A DNA stretch of 64,000 nt from Eledone cirrhosa (GCA_964016885.1 OZ024743.1:263376001-263440000), one strand, 5' to 3'; positions 1 to 13,598 are shown, numbered from the stretch's first letter. The notes: generated by a model from the letters alone, not told the origin. Numbers and translations: made by a program.

Positions 1-379
1 GCACAAAAAAAAGAAACGAAACGCGTGGGACGAAAGAAATAAGCCCCCCCCCTCTCTCCCTCTATTTATCTATCAATCATTCTACTCTTCATCGGTGTCA
101 TCTTTTCGCTCGAGGTAGAGACAAGACTAGGCTAAAGCCTATATGGTTTTTGTGTATGTAATATCGGCTGGAGATGCTCATTACATATAATAAATCTTGA
201 CAGGTTAGGAGTAATTAGCAGTGGAACTAAGATAACGTAATTCCTAATAGAGGTATATATGAAAGTATATACGATATGTTTAAATATAATAAGCATACAA
301 GTGTCTTACTATGAATGCTTCATACGCAAAGCAATATAAGCTTCAGGCTATTCTCGTTTCAGTACCGTGTGTGCAAATG

Positions 380-418
380 TTACTGATGATGGATATAAAT
401 CCTGAAACAGCTGTCTGG
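380..418 (+). ncRNA. Minimal type I hammerhead ribozyme motif (PLE pLTR-like), weak stem I
   Basis: CTGATGA(383-389)-t-GGAT ataa ATCC-t-GAAA-CAGCTG-TC. Stem III is the palindrome ACAGCTGT, cleavage triplet GUC. Stem I is only tta/tgg. Confidence 0.7.
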
Positions 419-600
419 TCTACTCACACGCTACTGAGATAGCTGAGATATAATCACAGTTTTACACGTTCATAGCGGGACTCTTATATGTTTATAATAC
501 ATAAACCTATTGTATATGTTTTCATATACAACCCTTTTATGAACTACGCTATGTTAGAGCTATTGTTATACACCTCTGTTAAAATATATATAAATATATA

Positions 601-826
601 AATAATTGTTTCTACTGTAGGCATAAGGCCAGTAATTTGTAGGGGAGGGGAAAGTCGATTAAATCGACCCCACTGCATTGCTGGTGCTTTATTTCTTTAT
701 TTTATCTACCCCGCAAGGATGAAAGGCAAACTAACCTCGGCGGGATTTGAATTCAGAACGTAAAGGGCCATAACACTATGCTGCGAAACGTTGTCCGACG
801 CACTCTCGATACTGTCAATCTACGGC
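601..826 (-). mobile_element. tRNA-derived SINE (main family of window)
   Basis: Reverse complement has a B-box-like GAATTCAAATCCC and a conserved core resembling gcctttcatccttacggggtcgataaaataaagtaccag (probably Meta-domain type); more than 15 copies in the window. Confidence 0.85.
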
Positions 827-1204
827 TTTTGATATTGTTATAATCACATCGTTTCCGTCTTTTACGTGTTTCACTTAGAAACGCCCTCGGAATTTTGAGG
901 CAAACCCTTTTTTCAAATCACGAGCACGGCTCAAAATTCCAAAAACGTTATGGTATACGACAGTGACTTGTAGAAATTAGGAATTTATAACAGCTGAAAA
1001 GGTGCGATTATAACAATAAAGATAAAGGATCAAGTCCTAATAATTTAGTGTATGAAGAAGTGTTAAAAAAAACTAAAGATTACATAATTACTTTCAAAAT
1101 ATCGTTGAAAATGTGAGAAATGGAAAATTCCGATGCCTGTGAAATGCAATAGCAAACATGAGGGAAAAACATCGGGTGGAACTTCATCAAATGGGAAAAA
1201 ATTT

Positions 1205-1420
1205 AGAATCGTTTCAAACTTAGTGCACGACTAGACATTTGTGAGGATAGGTCAGTCGATTAAATCTACTCTAGTACTTGATCTGTACTTTATTTTATCG
1301 ACCTCTGAAGAGTGAAAAACAGAGTTGACTTCCTTTGAATTTGAACACAGAGCGTAAGAGCCGAAACAAATACCCTTGGTATTTTGTTCGATGTTGTAAC
1401 GATTCTACTAATCTACCACT
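1205..1420 (-). mobile_element. Degenerate tRNA-derived SINE
   Basis: tactttattttatcgacc...atttgaacacagagcgtaag matches the main SINE core. Confidence 0.65.
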
Positions 1421-2050
1421 TACAGTGTCAACACATTGAACCATCACTTGCAAGAAAGATCTGACTTCTCCATAGAAACAGGTTCACACATTTTTGGGGG
1501 TATAGTTTAATGATATCGACCTCCAGCTGGTAACTGGTACTTGTGTGATTAACCAACCCCATCCTACCACACCTGTAATATGAAAAGCAACGTCAACCAC
1601 GGCGTAATTTGAACTCAGAATACAAAGTGATGTCAATAAACAATGTAGACATTCTTCCCCTTTTCACCCGAGCCTTCCAACGATCACCATCCATTGCATG
1701 TGTGTATTTGTATGCGTGTGTTTGTGTGTATGTGTATGTTTGTTTCAGTGTTTGTGAGCGTGAATGTTTGTGTGCGTGAGTGAGTGAGTGAGTGAGTGAG
1801 TGAATGTGTGTGTGCATGTGTGTGCGTGCGCGCGCATATATTGGTTTGTCTGTGTGGGTGTATGTGTATGCTTGTATGTGCGTATGTGTGTGTGTGTATT
1901 TGTATGTTTGTGTATATGCGCGTGTAGGTTTGTGTTGGCAAATTCTTAACATATTGCTTGATATACTGAAAGAGAAAGATTACAAATATATTCAGTTGTC
2001 AGTTGCCAGAATTATTTAATGAAAAATTGGTTCTAAAGTCTATAAGAAGT

Positions 2051-2242
2051 ATAATTGTTTCTACTTTTGGCACAAGGCCAGCAATAAACCAGTACATTAC
2101 TGGTACTTTATTTTATCGACCCCGTAAGGATGAAAGGCAAAGTTAACCTCGGCGGGATTTGAGCTCAGATCATAAAGGGACGTAACTCTATGCTTCAAAG
2201 CATTGTGTCTGACTCTCTATCGATACTGCCAATCCACCGCCT
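2051..2242 (-). mobile_element. tRNA-derived SINE, near full length
   Basis: Reverse complement starts ggcggtggattggcagtatcg (A box), then B box, core and the ...gtagaaacaatta tail. Confidence 0.9.
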
Positions 2243-2340
2243 ATAAGAAGTATAATGGTGGGCAGAATATATTGCAGTGACTGTGGTGTCTTCCACCTTC
2301 TCTAATATTTGTTTTAAGGATGGTTGGAATGTGGATGGTA

Positions 2341-5300
2341 GTTGGGTGGCGGTAGTGATGTGTGTGAGATATACAACGTAGGGTGGCGGTAGTGGTGTGT
2401 GTGAGATATACAACGTAGGGTGGCGGTAGTGATGTGTGTGAGATATGCAACGTAGGGTGGCGGTAGTGGTGTGTGTGAGGTATACAACGTAGCGTGGTGG
2501 TAGTGATGTGTGTGAGATATACAACGTAGGGTGGCGGTAGTGATGTGTGTGAGGTATACAACGTAGGGTGGCGGTAGTGGTGTGTGTGAGGTATACAACG
2601 TAGGGTGGCGGTAGTGGTGTGTGAAAGATATACAACGTAGGGTGGCGGTAGTGATGTGTGTGAGGTATACAACGTAGCGTGGTGGTAGTGATGTGTGTGA
2701 GATATACAACGTAGGGTGGCGGTAGTGATGTGTGTGAGGTATACAACGTAGGGTGGCGGTAGTGGTGTGTGTGAGGTATACAACGTAGGGTGGCGGTAGT
2801 GATGTGTGTGAGATATACAACGTAGGGTGGCGGTAGTGGTGTGTGTGAGATATACAACGTTGGGTGGCGGTAGTGGTGTGTGTGAGGTATACAACGTAGG
2901 GTGGCGGTAGTGGTGTCTGTGAGATATACAACGTTGGGTGGCGGTAGTGATGTGTGTGAGATATACAACGTAGGGTGGCGGTAGTGGTGTGTGTGAGATA
3001 TACAACGTAGGGTGGCGGTAGTGGTGTGTGTGAGATATACAACGTAGGGTGGCGGTAGTGGTGTGTGTGAGGTATACAACGGAGGGTGGCGGTAGTGGTG
3101 TGTGTGAGGTATACAACGTTGGGTGGCGGTAGTGATGTGTGTGAGATATACAACGTAGGGTGGTGGTAGTGGTGTGTGTGAGATATACAACGTAGGGTGG
3201 CGGTAGTGGTGTGTGTGAGATATACAACGTAGGGTGGCGGTAGTGGGGTGTGTGAGATATACAACGTAGGGTGGCGGTAGTGGTGTGTGTGAGGTATACA
3301 ACGTAGAGTGGCGGTAGTGATGTATGTGAGATATACAACGTAGGGTGGCGGTAGTGGTGTGTGAGAGATATGCAACGTAGGGTGGCGGTAGTGGGGTGTG
3401 TGAGATATACAACGTAGGGTGGCGGTAGTGGTGTGTGTGAGGTATACAACGTAGAGTGGCGGTAGTGATGTATGTGAGATATACAACGTAGGGTGGCGGT
3501 AGTGGTGTGTGAGAGATATGCAACGTAGGGTGGCGGTAGTGGTGTGTGTGAGGTATACAACGTAGGGTGGAGCTAGTGATGTATGTGAGATATACAACGT
3601 AGGGTGGTGGTAGTGATGTATGTGAGATATACAACGTAGGGTGGCGGTAGTGATGTGTGTGAGATATAAAACGTAGGGTGGCGGTAGTGATGTGTGTGAG
3701 ATATACAACGTAGGGTGGCGGTAGTGATGTGTGTGAGGTATACAACGTAGGGTGGCGATAGTGGTGTGTGTGAGGTATACAACGTAGGTTGGCGGTAGTG
3801 GTGTGTGTGAGATATAAAACGTTGGGTGGTGGTAGTGGTGTGTGTGAGATATACAACGTTGGGTGGTGGTAGTGGTGTGTGTGAGGTATACAACGTAGGC
3901 TGGCGGTAGTGGTGTGTGTGAGGTATACAATGTAGGGTGGCGGTAGTGATGTATGTGAGGTATACAACGTAGGGTGGTGGTAGTGGTGTGTGTGAGATAT
4001 ACAACGTAGGGTGGTGGTAGTGGTGTGTGTGAGATATACAACGTAGGGTGGTGGTAGTGGTGTGTGTGAGATATACAAAGTACGGTGGTGGTAGTGGTGT
4101 GTGTGAGGTATACAGCGTATGGTGGCGGTAGTGGTGTGTGTGAGGTATACAACGTAGGGTGGTGGTAGTGATGCGTGTTAGATATACAACGTAGGGTGGT
4201 GGTAGTGGTGTGTGTGAGGTATACAACGTAGGGTGGTGGTAGTGGTGTGTGTGAGGTATACAACGTAGGGTGGTGGTAGTGATGTATGTGAGATATACAA
4301 CGTAGGGTGGCGGTAGTGGTGTGTGTGAGGTATACAACGGAGGGTGGCGGTAGTGGTGTGTGTGAGATATACAACGTAGGGTGGCGGTAGTGATGTGTGT
4401 GAGATATACAACGTTGGGTGGCGGTAGTGGTGTGTGTGAGGTATACAACGTAGGGTGGCGGTAGTGGTGTGTGTGAGATATACAACGTTGGATGGCGGTA
4501 GTGATGTGTGTGAGATATACAACGTAGGGTGGCGGTAGTGATGTGTGTGAGATATACAACGTAGGATGGCGGTAGTGATGTGTGTGAGATATACAACGTT
4601 GGGTGGCGGTAGTGGTGTGTGTGAGGTATACAACGTAGGGTGGCGGTAGTGGTGTGTTTGAGATATACAACGTTGGGTGGCGGTAGTGGTGTGTGTGAGG
4701 TATACAACGTAGGGTGGCGGTAGTGGTGTGTGTGAGATATACAACGTTGGATGGCGGTAGTGATGTGTGTGAGATATACAACGTAGGGTGGCGGTAGTGA
4801 TGTGTGTGAGATATACAACGTAGGATGGCGGTAGTGATGTGTGTGAGATATACAACGTGGGTGGTGGTAGTGGTGTGTGTGAGATATACAACGTGGGTGG
4901 TGGTAGTGGTGTGTGTGAGATATACAACGTAGGGTGGTGGTAGTGGTGTGTGTGAGGTATACAACGTAGGGTGGCGGTAGTGATGTATGTGAGATATACA
5001 ACGTAGGGTTGCGGTAGTGATGTATGTGAGATATACAACGTAGCATGGTGGTAGTGATGTGTGTGAGATATACAACGTCGGGTGGCGGTAGTGATGTATG
5101 TGAGGTATACAACGTAGGGTGGCGGTAGTGGTGTGTGTGAGGTATACAACGTAGGGTGGCGGTAGTGATGTATGTGAGGTATACAACGTAGGGTGGCGGT
5201 AGTGGTGTGTGTGAGGTATACAACGTAGGGTGGTGCTAGTGGTGTGTGTGAGATATACAACGTTGGGTGGCGGTAGTGGTGTGTGTGAGATATACAACGT

Positions 5301-7476
5301 TGGGTGGTGGTAGTGGTGTGTGTGAGGTATACAACGTAGGGTGGCGGTAGTGGGGTGTGTGAGATATACAACGTAGGGTGGTGGTAGTGATGTGTGTGAG
5401 GTATACAACGTTGGATGGTGGTAGTGATGTGTGTGAGGTATACAACGTAGGGTGGCGGTAGTGGTGTGTGTGAGGTATACAACGTAGGGTGGCGATAGTG
5501 GTGTGTGTGAGATATACAACGTAGGGTGGTGGTAGTGGTGTGTGTGAGATATACAACGTAGGGTGGTGCTAGTGGTGTGTGTGAGATATACAACGTTGGG
5601 TGGCGGTAGTGGTGTGTGTGAGATATACAACGTTGGGTGGTGGTAGTGGTGTGTGTGAGGTATACAACGTAGGGTGGCGGTAGTGGTGTGTGTGAGGTAT
5701 ACAACGTAGGGTGGCGATAGTGGTGTGTGTGAGATATACAACGTTGGGTGGTGGTAGTGGTGTGTGTGAGGTATACAACGTAGGGTGGTGCTAGTGGTGT
5801 GTGTGAGATATACAACGTTGGGTGGCGGTAGTGGTGTGTGTGAGATATACAACGTTGGGTGGTGGTAGTGGTGTGTGTGAGGTATACAACGTAGGGTGGC
5901 GGTAGTGGGGTGTGTGAGATATACAACGTAGGGTGGTGGTAGTGATGTGTGTGATGTATACAACGTTGGATGGTGGTAGTGATGTGTGTGAGATATACAA
6001 CGTAGGGTGGCGGTAGTGGTGTGTGTGAGGTATACAACGTAGGGTGGCGGTAGTGATGTATGTGAGATGTACAACGTAGGGTGGCGGTAGTGGGGTGTGT
6101 GAGATATACAACGTAGGGTGGTGGTAGTGATGTGTGTGAGGTATACAACGTTGGATGGTGGTAGTGATGTGTGTGAGATATACAACGTAGGGTGGCGGTA
6201 GTGGTGTGTGTGAGGTATACAACGTAGGGTGGCGGTAGTGATGTATGTGAGATGTACAACGTAGGGGGGTGGTAGTGGCGTGTGTGAGATATAGAACGTT
6301 GGGTGGTGGTAGTGGTGTGTGTGAGGTATACAACGTAGGGTGGCGGTAGTGGTGTGTGTGAGGTATACAACGTAGGGTGGCGATAGTGGTGTGTGTGAGA
6401 TATACAACGTTGGGTGGTGGTAGTGGTGTGTGTGAGGTATACAATGTAGGGTGGTGCTAGTGGTGTGTGTGAGATATACAACGTTGGGTGGCGGTAGTGG
6501 TGTGTGTGAGATATACAACGTTGGGTGGTGGTAGTGGTGTGTGTGAGGTATACAACGTAGGGTGGCGGTAGTGGGGTGTGTGAGATATACAACGTTGGGT
6601 GGTGGTAGTGGTGTGTGTGAGGTATACAACGTAGGGTGGCGGTAGTGGGGTGTGTGAGATATACAACGTAGGGTGGTGGTAGTGATGTGTGTGAGGTATA
6701 CAACGTTGGATGGTGGTAGTGATGTGTGTGAGATATACAACGTAGGGTGGCGGTAGTGGTGTGTGTGAGGTATACAACGTAGGGTGGCGGTAGTGATGTA
6801 TGTGAGATGTACAACGTAGGGGGGTGGTAGTGGCGTGTGTGAGATATAGAACGTAGGGTGGTGGTAGTGGTGTGTGTGAGATATACAACGTAGGGTGGTG
6901 GTAGTGATGTGTGTGAGGTATACAACGTTGGATGGTGGTAGTGATGTGTGTGAGATATACAACGTTGGGTGGTGGTAGTGGTGTGTGTGAGGTATACAAC
7001 GTTGGGTGGTGGTAGTGGTGTGTGTGAGGTATACAACGTAGGGTGGCGGTAGTGGTGTGTGTGAGATATACAACGTTTGGTGGCGGTAGTGGTGTGTGTG
7101 AGATATACAACGTAGGGTGGTGCTAGTGGTGTGTGTGAGGTATACAACGTAGGGTGGCGGTAGTGGGGTGTGTGAGATATACAACGTTGGGTGGTGGTAG
7201 TGGTGTGTGTGAGGTATACAACGTAGGGTGGCGGTAGTGGGGTGTGTGAGATATACAACGTTGGGTGGTGGTAGTGGTGTGTGTGAGATATACAACGTAG
7301 GGTGGTGGTAGTGGTGTGTGTGAGATATACAACGTTGGGTGGTGGTAGTGGTGTGTGTGAGATATACAACGCAGGGTGGTGGTAGTGGTGTGTGTGAGAT
7401 ATACAACGTAGGGTGGTGGTAGTGATGTATGTGAGATATACAACGTAGGGTGGTGGTAGTGATGTGTGTGAGGTAT
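2341..7476. repeat. 37-bp minisatellite, about 139 units, consensus GGGTGGCGGTAGTGGTGTGTGTGAGATATACAACGTA
   Basis: Period 37 read directly (2381 to 2418). Only two 1-nt deletions seen (~4858, ~4894). The long minus-strand ORFs are the 37-aa (3-unit) translation. Confidence 0.98.
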
Positions 7477-8130
7477 TTAAAGTATATTTCCACTTTTCAT
7501 CTCTCTTCGTTAAATTGTAATATCCCGCCCCTACCGCTGCTTCATCTTCTTAATTTGTGGCATTTAGCTACAGCTCCGATTTCAAACAGAGACGGGGTTA
7601 TCTTATTATCTTTCAGCTTTCCAGGGTCGATAAAATAAAGTATCAGCTAAGTATTTAAAACGATTAATCGAAATACCCATCCTTCCAAAATTTCTGGTTT
7701 TGTGCCTATATTAGAAAATGTTATATAGGGCGGTTGACTAGCAGAATCAATAAAGCGAAGGACTAAAGACTTCGTGATATTTGTTACGGTTTTTAAAGTC
7801 CTGGCTTCAAATACGACAGAAGTCTATTTTTCATTTCATTCTTCCTGAGTTGATGAAATTAGTACAAGTTAATAAGCAAAAGGATAAGCCCTTCCAGGTT
7901 TAAAGTGACAAAGAAAGGCCGTATGCCACGACGTCACCTCTACGCCTTCACCGGGAGTTACGGCTCCATACATACATATCAGTTAAGTAACTGATACCGA
8001 CAAATTTAACTAATGCTTACACCAGAATGTATTGTTTTATGCCGGAATTAGAAAATATATTACTATTGTAATAATTTTGTAATTGGTCTTCTAGTTTACT
8101 TCAATTGTGCTTGTAGTTTTGAATATTAAA

Positions 8131-8533
8131 TAATTGTTTCTACTTCAGGCACAAGGTCAGCAATTTGAAGGGAAGTGGAAAGTCGACTAAATCGACCCAG
8201 TGCATTACTGGTACTTTATTTTATCGACTTTGTAAGGATGAAAGGCAAAGCTAACCTCGGCGGGATTTGAACTCAGAACATAAAGGGCCGTAACTCTATG
8301 TCACAAATTATATTGTCCCACGCTCAACCGCTGCCCTTAAAATTATTGAATAATAATTGTTTCTACTTTTGGCATAAGGCCAGCAATTACCCAGTACATT
8401 TCTGGTACTTTATTTTATCGACCCCGGAAGGATGAAAGGCAAAGTTAACCTCGACGGGATTTGAACTCAGATCGTAAAGGGACGTAACTATGCTAGAAAG
8501 CATGGCTTCCAACCCTCTACTGATACTGCCAAT
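8131..8533 (-). mobile_element. Two adjacent tRNA-derived SINE copies
   Basis: Two copies of the core tactggtactttattttatcgac...ggatgaaaggcaaag...gggatttgaactcag. Confidence 0.88.
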
Positions 8534-9059
8534 GAATAATAATAGAGAATCCTTGGGATCAGTAAAATGACTAAATACAATATAAACAGTGATGTATTTC
8601 ATTTTCGACAGACCAATCATCAAGAATATTTCAGTTGCGACCATTCCGTCCTTTTCTATGTGCAGCGAACCCTGGACAACATTATTACATCATCCAACAG
8701 GTCCTTTATTTAAAGACGAGAGATATTTGGAAGAAGATTTAACTGCCATTCTTAGCAAGTAGAGCGGCAACATAATTATTTCCTCATTGTCTTGTACAGT
8801 TTTATAACTGAATGAAAAGACAGTTGGTGGTTGTGTCGTCGGTAAGATATAGTCGTCTTGAGGCATAAACATTACCAATATGTCGAAAGAGCCATTAATT
8901 CGGTGCAAGTTTTTTAAATTGTTTTTGCTGTTTTATAAGATTTTGTTATTGTTGTTGCTGTTGTAGTCTTACTTGCATTCATTCTGATCTTTTGTTTATC
9001 ATCATCATCACCATTCTCTTAATAATTACCATCGTCATAGGTGTTGTGGTCTACTTCAG

Positions 9060-9127
9060 TTCTTCTTCTTCTTCTTCTTCTTCTTCTTCTTCTTCTTCTT
9101 CTTCTTCTTCTTTTTCTTCTGCTTCTT
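9060..9127. repeat. (TTC)n microsatellite
   Basis: Direct reading; a similar tract lies at 21499-21551. Confidence 0.95.
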
Positions 9128-10857
9128 CCGGAAAGAGCAGTAAAAACGACCAATAATTTAGTCAGATTTACGGAACTGTAACACTTCGTGACACTCAGTG
9201 AAAAAAGGGTAATAACAAGAGTGACAGCAACAAATACAATAGCAATAACAACAACAAATACAACAGTAACAACAACAACAACAACAATAATAATAATAAT
9301 GATAATAATAATTTCAAAAATGAAATAAAAATTGCAAGTTTAGACTCTGGAGAAGCATTATTCGGTATGTCAGACATGCAACGTCAGTGAATGATCTTGA
9401 GAATGATCTTGAGATGTCTGGAGAAGCAAGAATTAAAATGACAAAACATGCAACAACAAAAATATTAATGAGAAGAAGGAACAATAGACACTCGCAGAGA
9501 GCAAACTATTATTATTGAAGAAACAAGGAATCCAGGAAGCAGGAATATAAATATACCAATAATGCAACGACTAAATGATGTAGCCTTATCTCATTACTTG
9601 ACCAGGCTAAATATGGCAGTCAAATCTCCTTCAAATGATTCGCTATAGTCTTAAATCTGGAAATAACAAGCTAGAGAATACCGTTCGACATACTCAATGT
9701 TCTAAGGATTCACCACCTAGAGTCAATACAATAGAAAGCACTAAATAAAAAAATACCACGTGCTGCAGGGTTATAGAGCGGTGCGCGTTAGTACAGTGAA
9801 AGAACGCAATAGAATTATTGAATAGTAATAAAGAATCATTGGAGTCAGTAAAATGACTAAATACAAGAAAACAGTGGGGAATTTCATTGAATAAAATGAT
9901 GAAATTAACTATGAAAATAATATCAATAAACAAATTACAATAAATAACAGGGAAAACAAAGAATAAGAAAATAACAACAGTAAAGGCGTTTTAAAATAAA
10001 AGAGATATGTAGCGGGTGATTCTGAGCATCTCATACAAACTCCAGCAAATTACAGCAAAGGCAAATGTTTTCTTTCTGTTCTAGCCGCCAACCCTCAGCT
10101 ACATTCAATACGTCTATGTAGTCAAACAAATTTCCCAATTCTCAACCAACTCAACCGACGTAAAGCTCATGTCATATCTGAAAACGTTAATGAGGGCTTG
10201 TCTTGGGAGGAACAGCTCTGTCCTCAATTTTGTCAACTGCATAACCCACACGCTATATCTTACAGACAGAGAAATACTACCCGTTCTTGCTTAACAAATG
10301 AAGGTTCGTTTGACCTTCACTGGAATAGAAAGAGATTTTATCCAGTAATAAGAGGCGAGGTGTAAGCTCTTTAAAAGAAAAATAATAATGAAAAAAAAAA
10401 ACAAAAAAAAAAAACAGCTGGGCTCTTTTAAAAGATTCAAGGGCTATGTGTACATGAAAGACTCTCTGCAACAAATGGAGATCGCGTTATGCAAGGAATC
10501 AGTACGTTATTGATATGTATTTTAACCAGATAGATAAGAAGTATCAGACTGACAACATTAATAAACACAACAGTCAATCTCTTGGTAAAAGTTATTGTAG
10601 CAGAAATCCGGAATATTTACTACGGAAATGAAGTTTGCTAAACATTTCTATGGACCGGGGTAGGGGTTACATCTTGTGAAATTTAGAAATATAGTTGCCA
10701 TCAATACGAGCTTGTGTGATTTCTACGACTATGTAAGAATGCGATTATGTTAGTGTTTCTGTATATATTTATATTATGCATCTATATGTATATGCATGCA
10801 TGTGTAAATATAAGTGTATATGCACATATATATATATATAGAGCTATATGTTCATAT

Positions 10858-10892
<35 letters not shown>

Positions 10893-10960
10893 CGTGTGTA
10901 TGTGTGTGTGTGTGTGTGTGTAGATGAATAAATGTTTATACACAGATATATATATATATA

Positions 10961-11375
10961 TTGTATATTTGGGGAGGGTCATATTGTTATAATATTGCCA
11001 GAGATAATAATAAAACACACGCACTGTGAGGATGTTTTATTATTATCTCTGGCAATAGGGTGGTGGATTGGCATTATCAGTAGAGCGATGGACAACATGC
11101 TTTGTGGCATAGAGTTATGATCCTTTACGTTCTGAGTTTAAATCCCGCCGAGGTTAACTTTGCCTTTCATCCTTACGGGGTCGATAAAATAAAGCACCAG
11201 TAATGCACTGGGATTGATTTAATCGACTTTCTCCTCCCTTAAACTTGTTGGCCCTGTGCCTAAATCAGTAACCATTATTATCTCTGGCAATATTATAACA
11301 ATATGACCCTCCCCAAATATAACAATATTTGTTTCAGCACAACAGGATTTCATATAAAAAAACCTTGCAAAACAA
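10961..11375. mobile_element. Fold-back PLE 3' tail fragment interrupted by a SINE
   Basis: 10961-11017 is the reverse complement of 11033-11057 plus 11293-11321. The gggagggtcat motif is shared with 37261-37292 and with the tail of the GIY-YIG element at 57284-57335. Confidence 0.75.
11058..11273 (+). mobile_element. tRNA-derived SINE with 19-bp target-site duplication
   Basis: attattatctctggcaata at 11039-11057 and 11274-11292 flanks a full SINE. Confidence 0.92.
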
Positions 11376-11471
<96 letters not shown>

Positions 11472-11574
11472 TGCGGTGGAGAGCATTTAGCTGAGATTTG
11501 CATATCAGCAGACTGGCCAGTCAGTTTCCTGTATGAGGCTTGTTTGCATAATAGCAAACTAATCGAATGTTATT

Positions 11575-11762
11575 ATGTGGATTGGCAGTATCGGTAGAGG
11601 GTCGGACGCCATGCTTTCCAACATAGTTACGTCCCTTTACGATCTGAGTTCAAATCCCGCCGAGGTTGACTTTGCCTTTCATCCTTACGGGGTCGATAAA
11701 ATAAAGTACCAGTAATGCACTGGGTAATTGCTGGCCTTGTGCCTAAAGTAGAAACAATTATT
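11575..11762 (+). mobile_element. tRNA-derived SINE
   Basis: A-box-like tggcagtatcgg, B box gagttcaaatccc and the core domain. Confidence 0.9.
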
Positions 11763-11788
11763 AATATTTGAAAAACTCAGATTACATT

Positions 11789-11835
<47 letters not shown>

Positions 11836-11909
11836 ACTTATATACATCTAAGTATTTATGAATCTATGAATGTGTTTGTATATATGTATATATGTATGTA
11901 TGGAGAGGT

Positions 11910-12150
11910 GGGACAGTTATATATGACTGCTTCATCAGTAATTGGAGAGGTAGTAGTTGTAGTAAATGTTGACAGTCATGATGTTTCATCTCTTGGGGCA
12001 GTTTGAGAAAGTTGCATGTCATCGTTTTATCTCTGACAAAGTAGGTATTGAGCAGTCCCAAGATCAAATAAAATTCATTTATCTTTTGAGAGAAGCTACT
12101 ATTGCAAAGTTACGTTGTTTGTAGTGTTATGTATCTATAGATATTCGGTC
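11910..12150 (-). pseudogene. Degenerate PLE GIY-YIG C-terminus followed by the 5' half of an HHR
   Basis: Minus-strand FDLGTAQYLLCQR / KTMTCNFLKLPQEMKHHDCQH resembles the C.LC..EK..I...LN...E....CRH end of PLE endonucleases. It is followed by CTGATGA-a-gcagtca..taactgt with no GAAA. Confidence 0.45.
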
Positions 12151-12303
12151 AAACGTCCCTTTGCATTTGTTGTGTTAATGTTGTTGTTATTGTATGCTGA
12201 TCCGTTTTTGTACCTTTGTTGATGTTGCTGTTTTAGTTAATTGTGTGTATGCATGTACGTGTGTGTGTGGAATCATGTTTGTTAAATAAGGCCAGCAACT
12301 ACT

Positions 12304-13119
12304 TTAATCCTTTAGGATATAAACCGACCGTATCCGGCCAGAACTCTCGCATCTCTTTCTGTTCAAACCAGCTGTAACCAGCCGCTCATACTGATGTTAA
12401 GGTATTGTTTACAAAATAAATAACATCAAAATATCGTAGATTCGATATTATGTGAGATAATTATGTGAGGTAAAGCCTTAACCACAAAACAAATAGTATA
12501 TATAGAGTTGTAGTGACCTACATTCCGCGGGCTCACATACATTCTCTGTGCGCGATTTGGCTCAGTTCAGCCAATCAGCGCCAGTAGAAGAGGATGTATC
12601 CCTACGCGCCCTGGGAAAGAAATTCCCCGCGAAGATTTGAAGAATCTATCTCTTGTACCGGAAACTTCAAGCCAGCAACACGCATAATGTAACGGTGAGA
12701 TATTGCACCCTAGCCTCGCTGGCTTTTCGGCGCAATGGCACATTCCCTTTTGTAACCTCTTCTTATCTGTAACTTCAACCATATAAGTTAACAAACATTG
12801 TTTGTACTACATCAAAAATAAACATACATTTCATCTCTAATTTCTGCTGTTGAAATCATTATTATGTTTCTCGTGTCTCAATAACATCTATAATCCATGC
12901 TGCTGGAATTGGCGACCTGACGAAAGGAATGTTGTAAATACAAAGATGGTAAATAGATCGAGGGACCTTCTCTCACGTCTATGTCGACAAGATAATCCAA
13001 CGAGGATACTATCACTTACCACACTGGCAACTAACGACCTTCAATCATCTACCCTGTTAAAGTGGCGACCACTCATACTACAACCCTGCTAAAGAGTAAT
13101 GTAAATGCTAAAGGGTTAA
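12304..13119. mobile_element. Non-autonomous piggyBac-like element (TTAA ends) containing an LTR-like insert
   Basis: Left end ttaatcctttaggatata versus right-end reverse complement ttaaccctttagcattta. Internal 12509-~12920 starts TGTAGTGACC, has AATAAA and a PBS-like tggcgacc. Confidence 0.5.
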
Positions 13120-13567
13120 AGGAAAACTTACTTGCAGTACTTGCATCGTAACAAATTCATAGAATCATATCTCACTGAATACTGAATTCAAGCTGCTAAT
13201 TCTGTTCCTTGTCAGGTCGTTAATCACAATTTGTAAAATAATTAATGATTAATTTTTAACCGATTTCTTTACAGGTATACATTCCAATAGCATAGAGTTT
13301 TTTTCGCTACGTAATTTATAGGAGAGAATAGATATAAGGATTGATGGTGTTAGAAAAGCTTGTGTTTCGGCAGAACCATATTTTTGGCCTAAATTTGAAA
13401 ATAAATCCTCACATCAGTTAGATGCATGTTACAAACTGGCAAAGCCACACTTTTCTTCATGTCTCTTAACATTTGAAAATCACGAAAGTTGTGAAACCGG
13501 TAAAGTTATAAATTATTTTAAATAAAACTTCTTAAAGAAACCAATCGCATTTTCAAATTCTTTTTCC

Positions 13568-13598
<31 letters not shown>

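Noticed and set aside
881-950. Hairpin ggaattttgag...ctcaaaattcc as a miRNA or ribozyme
   Set aside because: Only an 11-bp stem with a large loop and no catalytic motif.
2341-7476. CRISPR array (37-bp period)
   Set aside because: Units are contiguous with no unique spacers, there are no cas genes, and the context is eukaryotic.
2195-7493. Very long minus-strand ORFs (up to 1306 aa) as protein-coding genes
   Set aside because: All frames give the same 37-aa cycle of a stop-free repeat, most starts are non-ATG, and no frame spans the whole array. Kept only as a low-interest finding.
11575-11660. tRNA gene
   Set aside because: A and B boxes are present but there is no full cloverleaf, and it continues into the SINE core; the same holds for other copies.
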